From positions 3,168,001 through 3,232,000 of the forward strand of contig OY762428.1 in the NCBI GenBank assembly GCA_963665665.1: DNA of 64,000 nucleotides, written 5' to 3'. Within the stretch, counting starts at the first letter, position 1. Each line of letters opens with the position of its first letter. The notes under the pieces are model-generated. The model did not search any database, was not told the DNA's origin, and worked only from the letters and a program-made list of their open reading frames with translations. This DNA comes from Candidatus Kapaibacterium sp. (lineage in GTDB: Bacteria > Bacteroidota > Ignavibacteria > Kapaibacteriales > UBA2268). Both the position numbers and the translations under genes were made by a program. This document shows, piece after piece, positions 60,635 through 64,000 of the stretch.

Positions 60635-61990
60635 CTATCTCTCCACAACCAATTTCTCGGAAATACTCTGCCCGTTCATTTCCATATTCACGAAATATAT
60701 TCCTGAAGGAATATCAGATATATCCAATTGAATAGCTGTATTGCCCGAGTTATACCACTTTGAACTAAAATCCTTAACAATAGAGCCGTCAATTCCGGTT
60801 AGCCTGATACTCAAACTTCCGGCATCTATTAAATTTAGTTCAACAGTACAATTGCTTTCTGCCGGATTAGGTATAATGTTGAATTCCAAAGTCTTTTCTT
60901 GCTCTTCAACGCTAACAACTCCGGGCGTCCATTTTGCATTAAGCATGATTAGGCCAGCAAATTTTGAAGGAACACAAATTATTTTATTATCGTTCGGTGA
61001 TAATTCAAATTCTTTGATTGATACATAATATTGTCGGACATTTTCCTTTTTCTCTAAGTTAAATATATTGATTCTTGCAAGCCCTTTTCCATTAATACTT
61101 TTTGACAAAAAGAAATTATTATCTGAAGAAAATTGAAAGTTTTCATTACCATAAAAATCATCATTATTAACAATAATAGTTTCCAGATTTTCAAGTGACG
61201 GCATACTATAAACATCAATCTTTTCATCATAAACTAAGAATAACTTTGTTCCATCTTTTGAAAACTTCATATTCTTTACATTCTTTTCAAGCTCAAAGGA
61301 TTTAATGATATCCCATGTTCCATAATTCATGAGAGCTAAAGAATAATAAAAATCTGTTCCGCTGTAATCCCTGAAATGAATTCTTTCAATAATTATATGC
61401 TTATTATCTGGGGAAATTCTCATTGAATAGCATCCTGTCCTCGTGTCTCCAATTTTCTGTTCATAAAGAATTTCCTGTGTTTCAAAATCCCACGCCATAA
61501 AAAATATTCTATTATAGCTGAATTCCGATGATGCTTGAGCAGAACCTTCAATACAATAACTATCATCATATGACAAATAAGAAATAAAAGGGTATTCGGG
61601 TTCAAATTCAAATGTCTTTATAATCTCCATTGTATTTGGATCTAACAATACCTGTTCTTTTTTATTATGGATAGTAAGATCAAAATATGTAATTAAATAA
61701 TTTCCTGATGGTGACAATTGATAGCCTTTTAAATAATCTTTACCTGTTGAATCTTGAAAACGTTTTGAATTTAAAATAGAACCGTCTTCAATTGATCTTT
61801 TTTCAATGGAATGGGTTGTTTTATTAAAAACAAAAAAAGATTTTCCATCAGGATGAAATTGTAAAGATTCAAATAATGCAATTGGTTCATCTTGTCCAAT
61901 TGTCCACGCAACGTCGGGCAGTTCGTCCTGGGCAATTGTAGGGCTTATTAGTAAAAGTAAAACAAACAGTTTAATGATTGGATTTTTCAT
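60635..61990 (-). CDS. T9SS-secreted WD40-like beta-propeller protein
   Basis: Signal peptide; FHPDG, SPSG, SPDN, SKDG blades; IIPNPA...IPSGIYFV sorting domain. Confidence 0.85.
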   Translation of the reverse strand: MKNPIIKLFVLLLLISPTIAQDELPDVAWTIGQDEPIALFESLQFHPDGKSFFVFNKTTHSIEKRSIEDGSILNSKRFQDSTGKDYLKGYQLSPSGNYLITYFDLTIHNKKEQVLLDPNTMEIIKTFEFEPEYPFISYLSYDDSYCIEGSAQASSEFSYNRIFFMAWDFETQEILYEQKIGDTRTGCYSMRISPDNKHIIIERIHFRDYSGTDFYYSLALMNYGTWDIIKSFELEKNVKNMKFSKDGTKLFLVYDEKIDVYSMPSLENLETIIVNNDDFYGNENFQFSSDNNFFLSKSINGKGLARINIFNLEKKENVRQYYVSIKEFELSPNDNKIICVPSKFAGLIMLNAKWTPGVVSVEEQEKTLEFNIIPNPAESNCTVELNLIDAGSLSIRLTGIDGSIVKDFSSKWYNSGNTAIQLDISDIPSGIYFVNMEMNGQSISEKLVVER

Positions 61991-62024
61991 AATATCTCCA
62001 CTAATTTTAAAAAAGATGAAATCA

Positions 62025-62156
62025 TGGGAATGTCTCTTTATTCGAAATATTTACGATTTGTCATTCTGAACGAAGTGAAGAATCCAGTATTCATGCGGGT
62101 TATGGATTCTTCGCTGCGCTCAGAATGACCGCTTTTCTAACTTCAGAGACAACCCA
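62025..62156. mobile_element. Candidate MITE-like element with nested palindrome
   Basis: Outer imperfect inverted repeat tgggaatgtctct / agagacaaccca enclosing gtcattctga.cgaagtgaagaatcc...ggattcttcgctgcgctcagaatgac. Confidence 0.5.
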
Positions 62157-62244
62157 ATGAGTTGCTTAATCATAGCAATTTCAATAACACCCAAGATAAG
62201 AAAAAGTCACGAAAAAGGAATATCTTTTCTCCTTCTGGTTAGCT

Positions 62245-62340
62245 AAGATTCCTCCCCCGGCCTAACGGCCACCCCCTCGTTGAGGGGGACAGTTTCTATC
62301 CTCTTTTCCAAGTAGCACTTGGGAAGAAGCTCCGTGCAAA
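62245..62340. repeat. Second copy of the composite REP-like unit seen at 59821-59916
   Basis: cc(a/t)ccccc...caccccc..gggggacagtt...ccaagt-N3-acttgggaag...tgcaaa. Confidence 0.75.
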
Positions 62341-62423
62341 TTCAAATAAAAGTCAATCGCAATATAATATAGTTGTAAAATATATTAATAGTATATACTT
62401 TTGTAGAATAAAGGAGAATTTTT

Positions 62424-62654
62424 ATGAAAAGTATATCGCTGAAATTAGACGAGAGGATATTCTCTGAAATTGAAAAGATCAGGGAACAGAAGAATATTTC
62501 CCGGAACAGGTATATAAATATGGCGCTGGAACAATACAATAAACTGCAACAGCGAAAGATACTTGAAGCCAGGATAAAAGCTGAATCCGAACTTGTAAGG
62601 CAAAACTCAATGGATGTATTGCAGGAATTCGAAAGTATTGAATATGAGGGTTAA
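62424..62654 (+). CDS. Ribbon-helix-helix antitoxin
   Basis: MKSISLKLD...ISRNRYINMAL RHH pattern; overlaps the toxin start; upstream palindrome agtatatact over TTGTAA-N17-TACTTT. Confidence 0.8.
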   Translation: MKSISLKLDERIFSEIEKIREQKNISRNRYINMALEQYNKLQQRKILEARIKAESELVRQNSMDVLQEFESIEYEG

Positions 62655-62988
62655 GCAATACGAAATCTGGCTTGCAGACCTTAACCCCGCCATAGGTACG
62701 GAACCGGGAAAGATTCGTCCTGTGCTGATTGTTCAGACCAGCCTTCTTAACAACAGCGATCATCCGTCAACAATCACTTGTCCTGTAACAACAAATATTA
62801 TCCCGGGAGCGGAAATATTAAGGGTTAACATTCCTGAAAATATTTCCGGATTGCAGAATCAGTCGAGTATAATAATTGATCAGCTCCGTTCTATCGACAA
62901 CAGACGCCTGATCAGGAAAACCGGCCGCCTTGGTGAAGAAGAGATTGAAAAAGTAAAGGAAAGCCTTTCGATAATTCTGGACTTGTAG
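62644..62988 (+). CDS. mazF: PemK/MazF-family endoribonuclease toxin
   Basis: IWLADLNP..GTEPGK.RPVLIVQ, CPVTT, DQLRSID..RL. Confidence 0.92.
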   Translation: MRVKQYEIWLADLNPAIGTEPGKIRPVLIVQTSLLNNSDHPSTITCPVTTNIIPGAEILRVNIPENISGLQNQSSIIIDQLRSIDNRRLIRKTGRLGEEEIEKVKESLSIILDL

Positions 62989-63337
62989 GTAAAATCGTTT
63001 TAAATCTCCCCGTTGCTAAGCCCAGGCTACGCCGCTTTCGGTTTGGATATATATCGGGAAAACTACATTACCAAGTACAACCTGGTAATGATTGAATTTA
63101 AAATTATCTCCTTGTTGCGAAGCCCCGCTTCGCAATGCTGTTCCGGTTTAAGCTATACTAAGAGTGGTTTAAGAGTAACTTTGCAGTTGTTACATTGCCA
63201 GGCAGATATTCAGTTTTCCCATACTAATTTACTGTTCACAGAGTATTTTTTTAATCCTTATAAAATACTTTTTTTAATTATCTTCCGGTGCTGCATTACA
63301 TTCATGTTAATGTTTTCAATAATATTGGGAAATCAAA

Positions 63338-63667
63338 ATGGCTGTACAAAAGCAAAGATTCAAAAGGTATTCCGGCAAACTGAATAAATCGATGGATAGT
63401 GGTATTGGAATTATTCTGGAATGTTTTGTTGAAGGCGCGGGTGAGAATCCTGAAAAAGCCCTGAAAATTTTCAGCCAGCTTTTGAAAACTCTTCAGGAAC
63501 TGAATATTTTCAATGCTAATTACAATTCTTTAGGAGAACATATTGATAAAAATGGCTCCGCCGGGCCTGATATACTTGAAATGATACGTTCTGAACCGGA
63601 ACTTTTGAGCATTTCTCAGGGATTGCTCGAAAAATTTTCTTGTTTCAGTAACCATAAGGCAGAATAA
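63338..63667 (+). CDS. Hypothetical protein
   Basis: 109-aa ORF with GGGA RBS; no family recognised. Confidence 0.5.
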   Translation: MAVQKQRFKRYSGKLNKSMDSGIGIILECFVEGAGENPEKALKIFSQLLKTLQELNIFNANYNSLGEHIDKNGSAGPDILEMIRSEPELLSISQGLLEKFSCFSNHKAE

Positions 63668-63856
63668 AACGTACTATCATAAACACAATTTTTTTATATT
63701 GGGTTATTAATAAAATTCAACGGGATATTGATTGCAGAATGGTAATAACATAGGGAAGTGGAATTCTATATTGACAGTGAAACATCCTAATAGTCCGAAA
63801 AAATCAGCTTTCAGTATCCAGCTAAAAAATTATTATTCGACTAATTTGAATTGCTT

Positions 63857-64000
63857 ATGAAGTACGGGAAAATTTTTTACATAATAATAATTATTGCATC
63901 CTTTGCCATCACAGCAAAGGCTCGTGCGCAATTTGTATTCACGGGATATTACAATTACTATTCTGCTTCCGGAAATGTGGAAGGACATGACGGGGCAGGT
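63857..64000 (+). CDS. Partial CDS, exported protein
   Basis: MKYGKIFYIIIIIASFAITAKARA|Q signal peptide; open to the window edge. Confidence 0.6.
   Translation, partial: MKYGKIFYIIIIIASFAITAKARAQFVFTGYYNYYSASGNVEGHDGAG

Overview
AT-rich bacterial genomic window. Several proteins carry T9SS C-terminal sorting domains, there are TonB/FadL outer-membrane proteins and a BlaI/M56-TonB pair, and GGAG-type ribosome-binding sites are used. Together these point to the Bacteroidota/Chlorobi/Ignavibacteria superphylum, probably a Kapabacteria-like lineage (inference). The main feature is a ~21 kb co-oriented dissimilatory sulfate-reduction supercluster (34994-55916): sat, aprBA, a Cys4 mini-protein, a YkgJ-family protein, qmoC, dsrABD, dsrN, a ferritin-like protein, dsrL, dsrC, a multi-PAS degenerate kinase, dsrT and dsrMKJOP. 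It is unusual in three ways: qmoC is present without qmoAB, four uncharacterised genes are embedded in it, and the spacer after aprA is highly structured. The left part holds housekeeping, signalling and secreted-protein genes (fumC, M49 peptidase, ilvE, sensor kinase, isolated nuoAB, tRNA-Leu). The right end holds a tricorn protease and a small accessory islet with REP-like palindromes, a truncated RhuM gene, a T9SS beta-propeller and a MazEF-type toxin-antitoxin pair. All assignments come from motif recognition by eye; no database searches were run.
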